A stretch of DNA of 64,000 nt from Camelus ferus (taxonomy: Eukaryota). The notes under the pieces were generated by a model, which saw nothing but the letters and a program-made list of their open reading frames with translations, was not told where the DNA came from and ran no database searches. Position numbers and translations under genes: made by a program. The stretch lies in NCBI RefSeq assembly GCF_009834535.1, contig NC_045696.1, forward strand, positions 31,560,001 to 31,624,000, written 5' to 3'. The first letter of the stretch is position 1. Each line of letters starts with the position of its first letter. This document shows positions 62,656 to 64,000 of this stretch, piece by piece.

Positions 62656-63774
62656 TATATGGGTTCAATAGATGTTCAGTTCTCATTAACACATTTCTTT
62701 TCAGCACATTTCAGAAGGAGAAGATTTTATGTGAAGGACCAAATGATAAGAAACAGCTCTTACTCTCCCTAGAATAGAACAATTTTGAAGGAAGGTTTGA
62801 GAGGGAAGAGCTGAATGTAGTTCCTATGTTAATGTGTTAACCTGTAGCCATATTTCATTAAATGCTGGTATTGCTCTTTTCCCTGATTGCTAGGGGGAAC
62901 CAACTAGGCTAGAGCTTTGCATTAGCCTGTGGTTCAGTTGCGTTTTAAGCCTTCAAACATTTTATGAATTATTGTTCCTGTTAGTTATTGATGGCTGTGT
63001 CTGGAAGACAACTTTTACTCTTCCCATGAGCCTGATATTTGGTTATCTGCTGCTTGTTCATTGCTGTAAGAGTATACAGGTTATCACTCAGCTCTTCACT
63101 GCAGAGCAGGCTGCATTATGTCTATAATATTACCCTCTCTAGATTTCTTTAAAAAACAACTAAATTATTTCTACTATTACATAGAATTTAAAATAATTAC
63201 TACATTAGATATCAGCTTCATCACTTAAACGAAAATAATTTTATTTTATCTCATCACGTTGATTAGTTGATTGAGAGTGAGAGCTCAAAACCTCCACAAG
63301 TCTTCCAAAATTCAAGCAAAGTACAGTCAGCCATGAAAAATCTGTATTTATCCAGAATATGCTTATAGCAAGATATACTTGCCATCTATTCTGCAGTTTC
63401 AGCATTTCCAATTAAGGAAGTTTTTCCAAATCTTTTCTTTCTTCCTCACTGCCAAGGCCATTTCCTCTCAGTTTCCTTCTCTTTAAAACTTCCTCCCATT
63501 CACTTTCCTGTTTCTCTCTATTCTCATTTGCTTGCTTCATGCATAACCCACCCACCCTTCCTTCCTTCCTTCTTTTTTCCTGTGATCTTAGTGTTTCATC
63601 TTCCTTCTTTCATCTTGTTTTTCTCCTTACTTTCCAGATTTATAGAACAGTATTTTACGTAATATTCAAGAATAACAAAATAGAAAGGCACAACAAATAT
63701 TTGTAAGAATTAAAACAAAAGGAAATAAGAGCAATAACATTATGAAGCCCCAAAGACATCCAATTGGTGCTCTA

Positions 63775-64000
63775 TATTTACTGGATATGTAACAAGTATT
63801 TGACCTTAAGCCTCCTAGTATTCAAGGAAGAAAATAAGTTATTTATAAGACCCATAGGGTCTATGATGTAAAATAAAAAGCCACCTGAGATCTAAAAGGA
63901 CAGCTCATTAACATATTCATTCTTCCTACAAATGTATATTTAGTACTCATAACGTGCCAGGAAATTGGTCTTGGTTCCTGGATGTAGAATTTGGCATAAT
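63775..64000. mobile_element. MIR fragment (+) followed by an L2 3' end (-), both very diverged
   Basis: ACAAGTATTTGACCT..AAGCCTC...CCCATAGGGT, then TTCATTC...ACAAATGTATATT...GTGCCAGG. Confidence 0.4.

Noticed and set aside
62464..62772. 102-aa ORF
   Set aside because: It reads through a Tigger-derived MITE and starts at GTG, with no coding signature.

Overview
This is AT-rich, repeat-dense mammalian nuclear DNA, either intergenic or deep-intronic. Two tRNA-Ala-derived Vic-1-type SINEs and young camelid-type L1 3' ends point to a camelid (alpaca, llama or camel). I found no supportable host protein-coding exon, RNA gene or CRISPR array. ORF-track entries with recognisable motifs are decayed L1 ORF2 or ERV-L pol; the rest look like chance ORFs. 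Main content: five solo LTRs at 1-3.7 kb (one nested, with target-site duplications, TSDs); a 5'-intact but internally deleted L1MA9-like element at 5.0-10.6 kb; HAL1-like and L1MB-like pieces; two convergent class III ERV relics at 23.5-33.9 kb; MaLR LTRs; hAT and Tigger DNA transposons including a Cheshire transposase fragment; and many MIR and L1ME relics. I cannot support a new gene system here. The most unusual directly visible signal is a set of apparent templated DNA-capture scars inside transposons. The clearest is an 82-bp copy of sequence from 2.1 kb upstream inserted into ERV-L integrase. Repeat family names come from my recollection of consensus sequences and need RepeatMasker/Dfam confirmation. 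Boundaries without TSDs are approximate.
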